64,000 nt of DNA from contig CACKIN010000003.1 in assembly GCA_902600205.1 (NCBI GenBank), positions 15,887 to 79,886 of the forward strand, read 5' to 3'. Origin of the DNA: an uncultured Pelagibacteraceae bacterium (GTDB taxonomy: Bacteria; Pseudomonadota; Alphaproteobacteria; Pelagibacterales; Pelagibacteraceae). The notes beneath the pieces are model-generated. The model did not search any database, was not told where the DNA came from, and was given only the letters and a program-made list of their open reading frames with translations. Shown here in pieces: positions 29,260 through 40,141 of this stretch (positions are counted from its first letter, which is position 1; each line of letters opens with the position of its first letter). The position numbers and the translations under genes were made by a program.

Positions 29260-29474
29260 TGAAAAAACCAAGTTTTCCAGTTAGAATTGCAATATTGATG
29301 GCTATTCTTTGCATCCCGCCAATTGGCGCGACCCAAATTGGATGGTACTATTTTGGACAAGAGATGGGGGTAAATTTTGGTATGGTTGCAGGTGTCATTA
29401 GTGTAATAACCGCAGCTTATCTAATGTATCAAATGGGATGGAGAGATGACGATGATGACGATTATGACTACTAG
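29259..29474 (+). CDS. Small two-TM membrane protein with acidic tail
   Basis: TAATG coupling at 29257-29261; two hydrophobic segments, C-terminal DDDDDDYDY. Confidence 0.7.
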   Translation: MKKPSFPVRIAILMAILCIPPIGATQIGWYYFGQEMGVNFGMVAGVISVITAAYLMYQMGWRDDDDDDYDY

Positions 29475-29517
29475 AATTATGTTTTGTTTATAAGAAAAAT
29501 TAGGTAAAAATCGCATA

Positions 29518-31950
29518 ATGAAATCAAAAGCAAAAGTCGTAGTAGTTGGTGGAGGCGTTGTTGGTGTCAGCGCGTTATATCATTTGGCAAAAAAAGGTTG
29601 GTCTGATGTTGTATTAGTTGAACGAAAAGAATTAACTTCAGGTTCCACTTGGCATGCTGCGGGACTTCTTCCATTATTTAATATGAGTTATTCAGTAGGA
29701 CAACTTCATAAGTATGCAGTCAATTTATATAAAAGTTTAGAAGAGGAAACTGGAAAGAATGTTGGATTTAGTGTTGTATCAAATATCAGATTAGCAAGCA
29801 ATCAAGACAGGATGGATGAATACCACCAGTATGCGGGTGTTGCTAAAACAATCGGAGTAGATGTTAAATTTTTAACTCCTGAACAAGTTAAAGAAATTTG
29901 GCCATTATGTCATATAGATGATCTAGTTGGAGCAATACAACATCCTGAAGATGGCTACATTCAACCTGCCGATCTAACTCAAGCATTAGCAACAGGGGCG
30001 AGAAATAGAGGGGCTGAGATATATAGAAACACAACAGTTTTAGCGATGAGACAAAATAAGGATGGTTGGATTGTTGAAACAGATAAAGGGTCAATAGAAT
30101 GTGAACATGTAATCTCTTGCTCTGGAAACTTTGCTAGACAAACTGGAAAAATGGTAGGTTTGGATATTCCGGTAATACCTGTTGAACATCAATATATTGT
30201 AACAGAGCCACATCCAGAAATTCAAAAAAGAAAAAAAGATGGATTACCTGAGATGGGAGTATTAAGAGATAGTGATAGTAGATGGTATATGAGAGAAGAG
30301 GCCGGTGGTTTAATATTAGGTCCCTATGAAGATGGAGCTCCAGCATGTTATGTTAATGGACCTTCCAAAGAGTCTGAATACGAATTGTTCCAAGAAGACT
30401 TGGATAGACTAGCACCACATATTGAAGGTGCGATACATAGAGTTCCTGCTTTTGGAGAAGTAGGAGTTAAAAAAGTTTACAACGGTGCTATCTGTTATAC
30501 ACCTGATGGAAATCCCATTGTTGGACCAGCATGGGGTTTAAAAAATTTTTGGATAAATGAAGGTCACAGCTTTGGAATTACTGCCGCTGGTGGAGCAGGT
30601 TGGCAATTAGCAGAGTGGATTGTAGATGGAGAGCCAACAATAGATATGTTAGGTGTTGAGCCAAGAAGATATGGTGATTATTGCTCAAAATCTTATCTTA
30701 AAGAGAAAAATGAGGAAGCTTACAGCCATGTATTTATAACTCACTTTCCAGATGAAGAAAGACCAGCTGCAAGACCATTAAGAACAGCTCCTTGTTATGA
30801 CAGAATGAAAAATCTTGGTGCAGTTTTTGGTCAAAAGTTTGGATGGGAACGACCCAATTTTTTTGCAACTGATGGGATGGAGCAAAAGGACGACTGGTCT
30901 TTTAGAAGATCAAATTGGTTCAAAGCTATTGAGAAAGAGTGCAAGAATGTAAAGGAAAATGTTGGTCTACTAGATATGACAGCATTTGCAAAATGTAGAA
31001 TAAAAGGTCCTGGAGCTGAGGAATTTTTAGATAAGTTGGTCGCAAACAAACTTCCAAAAAAAATAGGTAGAATTAATTTATGTCATGCATTGAATACTAA
31101 AGGTGGTGTTCATTCAGAATTTACAATAATGAGAGAGTCAGAAAGTAGTTTTTATTTGGTTTCTGCGGGAGCGTTTCAAAGGTTAGATCATGACTGGATA
31201 TTAGGTTGGATGCCAAAAGATGGATCTGTTCAATTTGAAAATTTAACAAACAGCAAAGGTGTTCTAGTTGTATCAGGACCAAAAGCCAGAGAGTTAATGC
31301 AAAGAGTATCTAATGATGATTTTTCAAATGAAAATTTTAAATGGTTAAGTGCAAAACAAGTAGATGTAGGATTTGCACCAGTAAATGCAATGAGAGTAAA
31401 TTTTGTAGGAGAGTTAGGTTGGGAACTACATCATCCTATTGAATATCAAAACCATATTTTTGATAAGTTAATGGATGCAGGACAAGATTTAGGTTTAAAA
31501 CCATATGGTATAAGAGCTATGAACAGTTTAAGAGTTGAAAAATCTTACAAATTGGTTGGCACCGAATTATCTATTGAATATTCACCATATGAAAGTGGTT
31601 TAGATAGATTTGTCCATCCAAATAAAGGAAGTTTTATTGGTTTAGAAGCTTTGAATAAATGGAGAGAGAAAGGTTTTGATAACAAACTTGTTACTTTAGA
31701 AGTTCATGAAACAAGTGATGCAGATGTGCTAGGAAATAACCCTATTTATGAAAATGGCAGTGTAGTTGGTAGAGCAACAGGAGGTGACTTTGGTTTTAGA
31801 CTAGGAAAATCTATCGCACTTGGAATGGTTAAGCCAGAGCTAGCTAATATTGGACAAAAACTAAAGATTGATATACTTGGTAAGATGCATGAGGCAACAA
31901 TTTTAGAAGAGAGTCCTTATGATGCAGAAAATAAATTGTTAAGAGCATAA
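29518..31950 (+). CDS. Dimethylglycine dehydrogenase-family flavoprotein (paralogue 2, ETF-linked)
   Basis: [27 protein letters not shown]; coupled to etfB. Confidence 0.9.
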   Translation: MKSKAKVVVVGGGVVGVSALYHLAKKGWSDVVLVERKELTSGSTWHAAGLLPLFNMSYSVGQLHKYAVNLYKSLEEETGKNVGFSVVSNIRLASNQDRMDEYHQYAGVAKTIGVDVKFLTPEQVKEIWPLCHIDDLVGAIQHPEDGYIQPADLTQALATGARNRGAEIYRNTTVLAMRQNKDGWIVETDKGSIECEHVISCSGNFARQTGKMVGLDIPVIPVEHQYIVTEPHPEIQKRKKDGLPEMGVLRDSDSRWYMREEAGGLILGPYEDGAPACYVNGPSKESEYELFQEDLDRLAPHIEGAIHRVPAFGEVGVKKVYNGAICYTPDGNPIVGPAWGLKNFWINEGHSFGITAAGGAGWQLAEWIVDGEPTIDMLGVEPRRYGDYCSKSYLKEKNEEAYSHVFITHFPDEERPAARPLRTAPCYDRMKNLGAVFGQKFGWERPNFFATDGMEQKDDWSFRRSNWFKAIEKECKNVKENVGLLDMTAFAKCRIKGPGAEEFLDKLVANKLPKKIGRINLCHALNTKGGVHSEFTIMRESESSFYLVSAGAFQRLDHDWILGWMPKDGSVQFENLTNSKGVLVVSGPKARELMQRVSNDDFSNENFKWLSAKQVDVGFAPVNAMRVNFVGELGWELHHPIEYQNHIFDKLMDAGQDLGLKPYGIRAMNSLRVEKSYKLVGTELSIEYSPYESGLDRFVHPNKGSFIGLEALNKWREKGFDNKLVTLEVHETSDADVLGNNPIYENGSVVGRATGGDFGFRLGKSIALGMVKPELANIGQKLKIDILGKMHEATILEESPYDAENKLLRA

Positions 31951-32699
31951 TGAAAATTTTAGTCGCTGTAAAAAGGGTAATTGATTATAACGTCCAAATA
32001 AGAGTAAAAGAGGATGGTAGTGGCGTTGTGACAGACAATGTTAAAATGTCAACTAATCCACCAGATGATAATGCAATTGAGGAAGCTGTTAAAATTAAAG
32101 AGGCTGGAAAAGCGTCAGAAATAATAGCTGTAACAGTTGGAGAAGAAAAAGCCCAAGAGACTGTTAGAAAAGCACTAGCAGTTGGAGCGGATAGAGGAAT
32201 TCATGTAAAAGTGGATAGTGTATTAGAACCTCTTGCTGTTTCTAAAATTCTTAAAAAAATTGTTGAAAAAGAAAATCCAGATTTAGTTTTCATGGGCAAA
32301 CAAGCAATTGACGATGATTGTAACCAAACTGGTCAAATGTTGGCTGCACATTTAAACTGGCCTCAAGCTACTTTTGCATCAAAAATTGAGGTTAAAGAAA
32401 ATTCATTAGAAGTAACTAGAGAAGTCGATGAGGGTTTAGAAACTATTGAAGTTAATACACCTGCAATAGTGACATGTGACTTAAGATTAAATGAACCAAG
32501 ATATGCATCACTACCAAATATTATGAAAGCAAAGAAAAAACCTATTGAACAAATTAATGCGTCAGATCTAGGAGTTGATACTAACCCTAGAATAGAACAT
32601 ATTAAAATTGAGGAACCGCCTAAAAGAAAAGCAGGTATAAAGGTTTCTAGTGTTGAGGAGTTGGTGCAAAAGTTAAAAAATGAGGCTAAGGTAATATAA
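31950..32699 (+). CDS. etfB: Electron transfer flavoprotein beta subunit
   Basis: [42 protein letters not shown]. Confidence 0.96.
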   Translation: MKILVAVKRVIDYNVQIRVKEDGSGVVTDNVKMSTNPPDDNAIEEAVKIKEAGKASEIIAVTVGEEKAQETVRKALAVGADRGIHVKVDSVLEPLAVSKILKKIVEKENPDLVFMGKQAIDDDCNQTGQMLAAHLNWPQATFASKIEVKENSLEVTREVDEGLETIEVNTPAIVTCDLRLNEPRYASLPNIMKAKKKPIEQINASDLGVDTNPRIEHIKIEEPPKRKAGIKVSSVEELVQKLKNEAKVI

Positions 32700-33652
32700 T
32701 GTCAGTTTTATTAATAGCAGAGCATAACAATAAAGAAGTCAAATCATTTACTTTAAACGCAATTACAGCTGCATCTCAGATAGATCAAGACTTACATGTT
32801 TTATTAATTGGTCATAATGCAGATGACGTTGCAAAATCCTTATCTGAGGTACCTTTGGTAAAAAAAGTACTTCATATGGATAATGAAATTTATGAAAATT
32901 ATATTGCTGAAAATTATACTTCAGCAATTTTAAAACATGCTGATAAATATTCTTATATAGTCTGTTCAGCAAATACCTTTGGAAAAAATCTAATGCCTAG
33001 AATTGCTGCATTATTAGATATTTCACAAGTGAGTGATATAATAAAAGTAATTGCTCCAGATACATTCCTAAGACCAATTTATGCTGGTAATGCATTTGCT
33101 ACTGTCAAAAGTAATGACGAGAAAAAGTGTATAACAATAAGACCAACATCATTTGAGGCGGCTGAAACCACAGGTGGGTCAGCAGAAATTGAGAAAGTGG
33201 ATGCAGCAGATAAAACTGAAAACACAAAATTTGTGAACAGAGAGGAAATTAAATCAGATAGACCTGAATTAGGAACAGCTAGAATTGTTATTTCTGGAGG
33301 AAGAGGGTTGCAAAGTGGTGAGAATTTCAAATTAATAACTGATGTTGCAGACAAATTAAATGCTGCAATAGGGGCATCAAGAGCAGCAGTTGATGCAGGT
33401 TATATTACAAACGAACATCAGGTTGGACAAACAGGTAAAGTAGTAGTTCCAGACTTATATATAGCAGTTGGAATCTCTGGGGCTATCCAACATCTAGCTG
33501 GCATGAAAGAAAGTAAAGTTATCGTGGCTATAAATAAAGATGGTGAGGCACCAATTTTTAGTGTCGCAGACTACGGCTTAGAAGCTGATTTATTCGAAGC
33601 ACTTCCTCAATTCTTAGAGGAATTGAACAAATTAAACACTATACAAAAATAA
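32699..33652 (+). CDS. etfA: Electron transfer flavoprotein alpha subunit
   Basis: [42 protein letters not shown]. Confidence 0.96.
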   Translation: MSVLLIAEHNNKEVKSFTLNAITAASQIDQDLHVLLIGHNADDVAKSLSEVPLVKKVLHMDNEIYENYIAENYTSAILKHADKYSYIVCSANTFGKNLMPRIAALLDISQVSDIIKVIAPDTFLRPIYAGNAFATVKSNDEKKCITIRPTSFEAAETTGGSAEIEKVDAADKTENTKFVNREEIKSDRPELGTARIVISGGRGLQSGENFKLITDVADKLNAAIGASRAAVDAGYITNEHQVGQTGKVVVPDLYIAVGISGAIQHLAGMKESKVIVAINKDGEAPIFSVADYGLEADLFEALPQFLEELNKLNTIQK

Positions 33653-33673
33653 CAAATACTGTAAAAAAATAAT

Positions 33674-35293
33674 ATGTCCAGAGAAGTGATGGAATACGAT
33701 GTAGTAATCGTAGGTGGCGGACCATCAGGACTTTCAACTGCAATTAAATTAAAGCAGTTAAATCCAGATATTAATGTCTGCCTATTAGAAAAAGCATCTG
33801 AAATAGGTGCACATATTTTATCAGGGAACGTGTTTGAAACACGAGCTTTAGATGAACTGTTGCCTAATTGGAAGGATCTTAATACACCAATTAAAACAAA
33901 AGTTACTAAAGAAAAATTTTTATTTTTAGGAAAGACTAAAAAAATTAGTTGGCCAACTTGGTTATTACCTAAAGTTCAACAAAATCATAATAACTATATA
34001 ATTAGTCTTGCTAATTTATGTAGATGGTTAGCAGAGCAAGCTGAAAATTTAGGTGTTGAAATATTTCCAGGGTTTCCTGCAAGTGAGGTTTTATATAATG
34101 AAGATGGTTCTGTGAAAGGTATTGTAACTCAAGATATGGGTTTAGATAAAGAAGGTAATAAAAAAGATAGTTATGAACCAGGAATGGAACTTCACGCAAA
34201 AGTTACAGTTTTTGCAGAAGGGTGTAGAGGACATTTGGGTAAAGAATTAATCAAAAAATTTGAATTAGATAAAGGAAAAGATCCACAACAGTATGGAATA
34301 GGATTTAAAGAAATTTGGGAATTAAAAGAAGAAAATCACGACGAAGGTCTAGTGATGCATACTGCAGGTTGGCCATTAGATAATAGCACCTACGGGGGAA
34401 GCTTTGTTTATCATGCTGAAAATAAACAAATATTTTTAGGATATGTCATTGGTCTTGATTATAAAAATCCACATCTTTCACCATTTGACGAATTTCAAAA
34501 GTTTAAAACTCATCCTGCGATTAGATCAATATTAGAAGGTGGTAAAAGAATATCATACGGAGCAAGAGCATTAATAGAGGGAGGTTTTCAAAGTCTACCT
34601 AAGATGTTTATGCCAGGTGCATTATTAGTTGGTTGTGATGCTGGTACATTAAATATGCCAAAAATTAAAGGATCACATACTGCAATGAAGAGCGGGATGA
34701 TTGCAGCTGAGACTATTGTAGATCATTTAAATTCAAACAAAGAATTATCTGTTTATGAAGAAAAATTTAAAAATAGTTGGGTTTATAAGGAATTATATGA
34801 AGCCAGAAATGTTAAACCAAGTTTTAGTTGGGGTTTAATTTTGGGAATAATATTTACAGGAATTGATCAAATTTTATTTAAAGGAAAATTACCTTTTACT
34901 CTTAAACATAAGCATGCTGATCACGAAACATTGAAGCCCGCTAATGAAATGCCTAAAATAGAGTATCCAAAACCAGATAATGTGATTACATTTGATAAAA
35001 CTAGTTCAGTTTACTTAACAGGAACAAACCATACTGATAATCAACCTGTTCATCTTCAACTTAAAGATAAAGATTTGCCAATCAAATATACTTTAGGAAA
35101 ATATGATGAGCCTGCTCAAAGATATTGCCCTGTTGGTGTTTATGAAATACAGAAAGAAAATGAAGTTGAAAAGTTTGTTATAAATTCTCAAAACTGTATT
35201 CATTGCAAAACTTGCGATATAAAAGAGCCATCACAAAATATTACATGGGTTACTCCAGAAGGTGGCGGCGGACCTAAGTATGGAAATATGTGA
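33674..35293 (+). CDS. ETF-ubiquinone oxidoreductase
   Basis: GGGPSGL, GAHILSG, KIKGSHTAMKSGM, RYCP...NCIHCKTCDIK 4Fe-4S motif. Confidence 0.95.
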   Translation: MSREVMEYDVVIVGGGPSGLSTAIKLKQLNPDINVCLLEKASEIGAHILSGNVFETRALDELLPNWKDLNTPIKTKVTKEKFLFLGKTKKISWPTWLLPKVQQNHNNYIISLANLCRWLAEQAENLGVEIFPGFPASEVLYNEDGSVKGIVTQDMGLDKEGNKKDSYEPGMELHAKVTVFAEGCRGHLGKELIKKFELDKGKDPQQYGIGFKEIWELKEENHDEGLVMHTAGWPLDNSTYGGSFVYHAENKQIFLGYVIGLDYKNPHLSPFDEFQKFKTHPAIRSILEGGKRISYGARALIEGGFQSLPKMFMPGALLVGCDAGTLNMPKIKGSHTAMKSGMIAAETIVDHLNSNKELSVYEEKFKNSWVYKELYEARNVKPSFSWGLILGIIFTGIDQILFKGKLPFTLKHKHADHETLKPANEMPKIEYPKPDNVITFDKTSSVYLTGTNHTDNQPVHLQLKDKDLPIKYTLGKYDEPAQRYCPVGVYEIQKENEVEKFVINSQNCIHCKTCDIKEPSQNITWVTPEGGGGPKYGNM

Positions 35294-35668
35294 TTAGGAA
35301 AGATCTATTGCAAACTTTTTTAAAGTTTCAATTGGTACAAGTTTTAAAGTGTTCATATGAGTTTTTTTTAGATAAATAGAACATCCAATTCCTGCTTCTA
35401 AGGCTCTAGCAACCCAACCTGCACATACACACCAGTTATCACCATCTTTAAGTCCGGGAAAACCAAACTCAGGGTGAGGCGTGATTAAATCATTACCAGC
35501 TTCTTTACACCATTGTAAAAATTCATCGTTAACTTTTACACAAACTGTATGTAACCCATGATCATTTTCATCTGTATTGCAACAACCATCTCTAAACCAA
35601 CCAGTTAAAGGATTTTTTGAACATTCTTCTAGATCCTCTCCAAGAACATTTTTTTGAATTTCACTCAT
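35294..35668 (-). CDS. DUF2237 family protein
   Basis: NVLGE.L..CS..P.TGWFRDGCC, GNDL.TP, PGLKDGD.WC.C. Confidence 0.85.
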   Translation of the reverse strand: MSEIQKNVLGEDLEECSKNPLTGWFRDGCCNTDENDHGLHTVCVKVNDEFLQWCKEAGNDLITPHPEFGFPGLKDGDNWCVCAGWVARALEAGIGCSIYLKKTHMNTLKLVPIETLKKFAIDLS

Positions 35669-36135
35669 TAAATTTTGGTAGGATTTGGTTGTCCTTTATA
35701 AACAACTTCTGGATCAAATTTTTTATTTTCTTCTTCAAATTTCATTTTGACTTTTCGACCATTCTCAATTTTTCCCATTGGAACCGATCTATAAAAGCAA
35801 GATCTATAACCAACATGGCAACTAGCTCCGTCACCAATATCAACAGTAATCCATACCGCATCTTGATCGTCATCAATTCTTATTTCTTTTACTTTTTGAG
35901 TAAATCCACTTGTTTTTCCTTTATGCCAAATCGCTTTTCTAGATCTACTCCAGTAATGAGCTTCTTTTGTTTCAATAGTCATTTTTAATGCTTCAACATT
36001 CATATACCCATGCATTAGAATTTCTTTAGTTTTACTGCATGTAGTAATCACAGGAATTAAACCATCATTATCAAATTTTGGCGATAATAGGTTACCTTCC
36101 TCTATATCAGCGACATTTTCTCTTTTTTTAAACAT
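35668..36135 (-). CDS. hisI: Phosphoribosyl-AMP cyclohydrolase
   Basis: YWSRSR, WHKGKTSG, DDDQD, SCHVGYRSCF. Confidence 0.93.
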   Translation of the reverse strand: MFKKRENVADIEEGNLLSPKFDNDGLIPVITTCSKTKEILMHGYMNVEALKMTIETKEAHYWSRSRKAIWHKGKTSGFTQKVKEIRIDDDQDAVWITVDIGDGASCHVGYRSCFYRSVPMGKIENGRKVKMKFEEENKKFDPEVVYKGQPNPTKI

Positions 36136-36214
36136 ATATAATCCGCATTATCTAGCATATTAATGAATATATTAAATATTTTAATTTTAAGGATTTACTG
36201 TATAAAAAGGCGCT

Positions 36215-36823
36215 ATGAAATTAGTAAAAGACACAGACAATAAAAATTTAGAGACTAAACAAGTTTCAGATAAAGAAGCTGAAGAAGCTTTGATTAAGAT
36301 ATTAACTTGGATTGGTGAGGATCCAAATAGAGAAGGTTTGTTAGAAACACCAAAGAGAGTAATAAAAGCATATAAGGAATTTTTTAGTGGGTATAAAGAG
36401 GATGCTAATAAAGTTTTAGAAAAAACTTTTGGTGACGTTGAAGGATATAATGACATGGTAATTCAAAAGAATATATCTGTGCAAAGTCATTGCGAACATC
36501 ATATGGTTCCAATATTGGGTATGGCACACGTTGCATACATACCAAAAGAAAGAGTTGTAGGACTAAGTAAGCTAGCAAGAGTTGTTGATGTATTTGCAAA
36601 AAGGTTGCAAACACAAGAAAGATTAACACTACAAATTGCTAAATCAATTATGACTGCTCTTGATGCTAAGGGTGTTGCAGTAACAATCGATGCAGCTCAT
36701 CAATGTATGACTACTAGAGGGATAAAAAAAGAAAGAGCATCTACAGTTACTAATTACTTTTTAGGTCAATTTAAGGACGATCTTTCTATTCAGAATAGAT
36801 ACTTACGATTTATTAAAGAATAG
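36215..36823 (+). CDS. folE: GTP cyclohydrolase I
   Basis: REGLLETPKRV, SHCEHH, GLSKLAR, RLQTQERLT, HQCMTTRG. Confidence 0.97.
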   Translation: MKLVKDTDNKNLETKQVSDKEAEEALIKILTWIGEDPNREGLLETPKRVIKAYKEFFSGYKEDANKVLEKTFGDVEGYNDMVIQKNISVQSHCEHHMVPILGMAHVAYIPKERVVGLSKLARVVDVFAKRLQTQERLTLQIAKSIMTALDAKGVAVTIDAAHQCMTTRGIKKERASTVTNYFLGQFKDDLSIQNRYLRFIKE

Positions 36824-36836
36824 AGTATAATCACAT

Positions 36837-37841
36837 ATGTCTGATACTTTCAAAGCCCTGGTTATAAACCAGGTGGGTGAAAATTTTTCTCAAGAAGTTA
36901 AAGAATTAAATTTTGATTTTTTAAACGAAGGTGAAGTTTTAGTTAAAATACAATACTCAGATCTTAATTATAAGGATGCTTTGATTTTAAAAGATGGTGC
37001 AAAATTAGTTAAAGAGTTTCCAAGAATTCCTGGAATTGATTTCTCAGGTACAGTAGCAGAAAGCAAGTCAGATGAATTTAAAGAAGGTGATGAGGTAATA
37101 CTTACTGGTTGTAGGGTTGGAGAATTATTTCATGGAGGATTCTCTCAATATGCAAGAGTTAAAAAAGAATTTCTGATAAAGAAACCTTCAGGTATTGATT
37201 TGAAGCAAGCAATGATGATGGGTACTGCAGGCTTTACAGCAATGTTGTGCGCATTTGCCGTTAAAGCAAAAGAAGAATTATTACTACAAAGTAAAGTGAA
37301 TGATGTCCTTGTAACAGGTTCAACAGGTGGAGTAGGGATGGTTGCAGTAAATATTCTGTCAAAAATGGGATGTAATGTAACCGCAATCACAGGAAAACCT
37401 GAAAAAGCTGATTATTTAAAAGAATTAGGAGCAAAAACTGTTTTAGATCGTAAAGAATTTGAAGGTGAACCAAGATTAATTGGTAAAGGTACTTGGGATG
37501 GTGTTGTTGACACTGTTGGTGGAAATATTTTAGCAAACGCAATATCTCAAACAAGATTAAAAGGAATTGTAGCTGTTTGTGGTAATGCGAGTGGAACTAA
37601 CAAATTAAATACTTCTGTTGTTCCTTTTTATATCAGAGCTGTAAAACTATGGGGCGTAGACTCAGTTAATGTAAGCAACAAAAGAAAAGAATTTGTATGG
37701 GGTGAAGTACCAAGTTTAGTAGATTTTAGTATTATAGAAAAATCAATTAAAATAGTTGGGCTTGAAGAACTATTGACTGTATTTCCAGAAATGCTTGAAG
37801 GAAAACTGAAAAATAGAATTCTAGTGGATGTAAATAAATAA
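36837..37841 (+). CDS. acuI: Acryloyl-CoA reductase AcuI/YhdH family MDR oxidoreductase
   Basis: LNYKDAL, PGIDFSG, GTAGFTAML, VTGSTGGVG, VDTVGG, GVDSV. Confidence 0.85.
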   Translation: MSDTFKALVINQVGENFSQEVKELNFDFLNEGEVLVKIQYSDLNYKDALILKDGAKLVKEFPRIPGIDFSGTVAESKSDEFKEGDEVILTGCRVGELFHGGFSQYARVKKEFLIKKPSGIDLKQAMMMGTAGFTAMLCAFAVKAKEELLLQSKVNDVLVTGSTGGVGMVAVNILSKMGCNVTAITGKPEKADYLKELGAKTVLDRKEFEGEPRLIGKGTWDGVVDTVGGNILANAISQTRLKGIVAVCGNASGTNKLNTSVVPFYIRAVKLWGVDSVNVSNKRKEFVWGEVPSLVDFSIIEKSIKIVGLEELLTVFPEMLEGKLKNRILVDVNK

Positions 37842-38731
37842 TGGATTGGGACAAATTAAAAATTTTTCATGCAGTAGCTGAAGCTGGTAGTTTTACAAGC
37901 GCTACTGTAATTTTAAATCTAAGCCAATCTGCAATTAGTAGACAAATTCAATCTTTAGAAGAAGATTTAAAAGTAAAGTTATTTGAAAGACATGCAAGAG
38001 GACTAACGCTCACAGAAAATGGTGAATATGTTTATAAAACTGCACATGAAGTTATTAGTAAAATAAAGGAGGTAGAAACAACTTTAGGAGATCAAAAACA
38101 TAAACCAACTGGAAAACTAACAATTACAACTGTAAGAAGTTTTGGCACTCACTGGTTAACACCAAGGATTCAAGAATTTATGCAATTAAATCCAGAAATT
38201 GAAATAGAATTAATTTTTGACGATAAAGAATTAGATCTAAGTACTAGACAAGCTGATATTGGCATTTTTATGAGAAGACCTAAACAATTAAATTATATTC
38301 AAAGAAAATTGATGGATATTAATTACCATATTTATGGGTCTACTAAATATTTAGAAAAATATGGAATACCAAAAACAATAAATGATTTAAGCAAACACAA
38401 ATTTATATCTTTTGGAAGAGGTGCACCGTCTCCTGTTTTTAACCCTGATTGGGCATTAAAATTAGGAGTGAAGGACAATAAAAAAAGAAAAACTGTTATG
38501 AAGGTAAATAGTGTGATGGGATTATTGCTAGCAGTTGAAAGTGGAGTAGGTCTTGCTGCTTTGCCTGATTATTTGGTATCATTATCAAGAAATGTAATTA
38601 AAGTTTTACCTAACGTCGAAGGCCCAATTACGGAAGCACATTTCGTTTTTCCAGAATCTCTTAAAAACGTGGCTAGAGTTACAACCTTCAGAAATTTTCT
38701 TTATAGTAAAATTTCTGAGTTTAAGTCTTAA
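37841..38731 (+). CDS. LysR-family transcriptional regulator
   Basis: MDWDKLKIFHAVAEAGSFT..LNLSQSAISRQI HTH, LFERHARGL. Confidence 0.95.
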   Translation: MDWDKLKIFHAVAEAGSFTSATVILNLSQSAISRQIQSLEEDLKVKLFERHARGLTLTENGEYVYKTAHEVISKIKEVETTLGDQKHKPTGKLTITTVRSFGTHWLTPRIQEFMQLNPEIEIELIFDDKELDLSTRQADIGIFMRRPKQLNYIQRKLMDINYHIYGSTKYLEKYGIPKTINDLSKHKFISFGRGAPSPVFNPDWALKLGVKDNKKRKTVMKVNSVMGLLLAVESGVGLAALPDYLVSLSRNVIKVLPNVEGPITEAHFVFPESLKNVARVTTFRNFLYSKISEFKS

Positions 38732-38776
38732 AAACACTAAAAATCACATAAATTATATGTGCGACACTATTGAGAT

Positions 38777-38791
38777 TGATAATCATTATCA
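38777..38791. promoter_or_regulatory. Fur box upstream of the Fe(III) SBP gene
   Basis: Perfect 7-1-7 palindrome TGATAAT-C-ATTATCA; an imperfect second palindrome TTGCGAAT-A-GTTCTCAA follows at about 38792-38808. Confidence 0.85.
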
Positions 38792-38848
38792 TTGCGAATA
38801 GTTCTCAAAATCATTATAAGTACATTAACAATTAGCATAGAGAGATAA

Positions 38849-39877
38849 ATGAAAAAAATATTAATTTCAGCATTAATTCTATCATTATTTGTTTCAACTT
38901 TTGCTAAAGCAAATGAGGTGAATATATTCAATGCTAGACACTATAAAGCTGACGCAGAACTTTATAGCAAATTTACTGCAGCAACTGGAATTAAAGTAAA
39001 TTTAATTAATGGTAAAGCTGGAGCTTTAGAGAAAAGAATGATCGAGGAAGGTGCAGACTCAGCTGCCGATCTTTACATCACAGCAGATGCAGGAAGATGT
39101 GGTGCTTTTAAAGCAAAAGGTATGACGCAAGCAGGACTTGTTTCACCAACTATCAAATCTTCAGTTCCAAAAAACTTTAGAACAACTCACTGGGTTGGCG
39201 TAGCTAAGAGAGCTAGAATAGTCTATTACGCTCCAGAAAGAGTAAGTGGAGCAGAATTATCTGGACTAACTTATGAAAGTCTGGCTGATCCTAAATGGAA
39301 AGGTAGAATTGCAATAAGAGCATCTAGCAATATTTACAATAAATCTTTAGTAGCATCATTAGTAAAAAATAATGGAAAAAAAGCTGCTAGAGAGTGGGCA
39401 AAAGGTGTTGTTGCCAATATGGCAAGAGATCCTAAAGGAAATGACAGAGCTCAGATTATGGCAGTTGCCGCAGGAGAAGCAGACATTGCAGTTGCAAACA
39501 CATACTATTTAGCTTTGATGTTATCCGGGAACAAAGGTGCAGAACAACAAGCAGCAGCTAGAAAAGTAAAGGCATTTTTCCCTAATCAAAATGATAGAGG
39601 AACACATATGAATATTAGTTGTGCTGCTCTAGTTAAAGGTGCTCCAAATAAAGCTAATGCAATTGCACTTGTAGATTATTTGTTATCACCAGAAGCACAA
39701 GAACATTTCACTAATAATACTTTTGAGTTTCCGATGATTGCAGGTGTTTCACCAAACCCGTTAGTAGTAAACAACTTAGGTTTAGATTTTAAACAAGATT
39801 TTACCACAAGCGTTGCTAGTTATGGAGCTAAGCAAGCGGATGCATTAGAAGTAATGACAGCTGCAGGTTGGAAATAA
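38849..39877 (+). CDS. Fe(III) ABC transporter substrate-binding protein (FutA/FbpA/SfuC type)
   Basis: Signal peptide, ARHY, NIYN, GNDRAQI, ANTYY tyrosine clamp; Fur box upstream. Confidence 0.92.
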   Translation: MKKILISALILSLFVSTFAKANEVNIFNARHYKADAELYSKFTAATGIKVNLINGKAGALEKRMIEEGADSAADLYITADAGRCGAFKAKGMTQAGLVSPTIKSSVPKNFRTTHWVGVAKRARIVYYAPERVSGAELSGLTYESLADPKWKGRIAIRASSNIYNKSLVASLVKNNGKKAAREWAKGVVANMARDPKGNDRAQIMAVAAGEADIAVANTYYLALMLSGNKGAEQQAAARKVKAFFPNQNDRGTHMNISCAALVKGAPNKANAIALVDYLLSPEAQEHFTNNTFEFPMIAGVSPNPLVVNNLGLDFKQDFTTSVASYGAKQADALEVMTAAGWK

Positions 39878-39900
39878 CATTGAGGACTAAAAAAAAATTT

Positions 39901-40050
39901 ATGTCTGATGTTAATTACAATAAATCAGTCAAGCCATGTATCCCATGTGCTGAGGAGTGTAAAAAAATTAACAAAAGAATAAATAAAAGAAAGTTATCAG
40001 AGATAAATACTAAAGATTTTCCGCACATTCTAAAAGTATTCAATATCTGA
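39901..40050 (+). CDS. Putative small Cys-containing basic peptide (49 aa, CxxCxxxC)
   Basis: MSDVNYNKSVKPCIPCAEECKKINKR...; GAGGA at 39882; stop lies just before the terminator. Confidence 0.45.
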   Translation: MSDVNYNKSVKPCIPCAEECKKINKRINKRKLSEINTKDFPHILKVFNI

Positions 40051-40060
40051 CCTTTTTTAA

Positions 40061-40095
40061 TAAAAGTGCCTATGTATCTTTCGTAGGCACTTTTA
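40061..40095 (+). terminator. Intrinsic terminator/attenuator between the Fe SBP unit and the permease
   Basis: TAAAAGTGCCTA...TAGGCACTTTTA 12-bp inverted repeat. Confidence 0.75.
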
Positions 40096-40141
40096 AATTA
40101 TTAAATTGAGACTATATTTAAAATTAAATTAAATTACTCTT

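Noticed and set aside
29446-29471. GAT/GAC trinucleotide repeat as a contingency locus
   Set aside because: Imperfect, with mixed synonymous codons encoding a poly-Asp tail; protein-level low complexity
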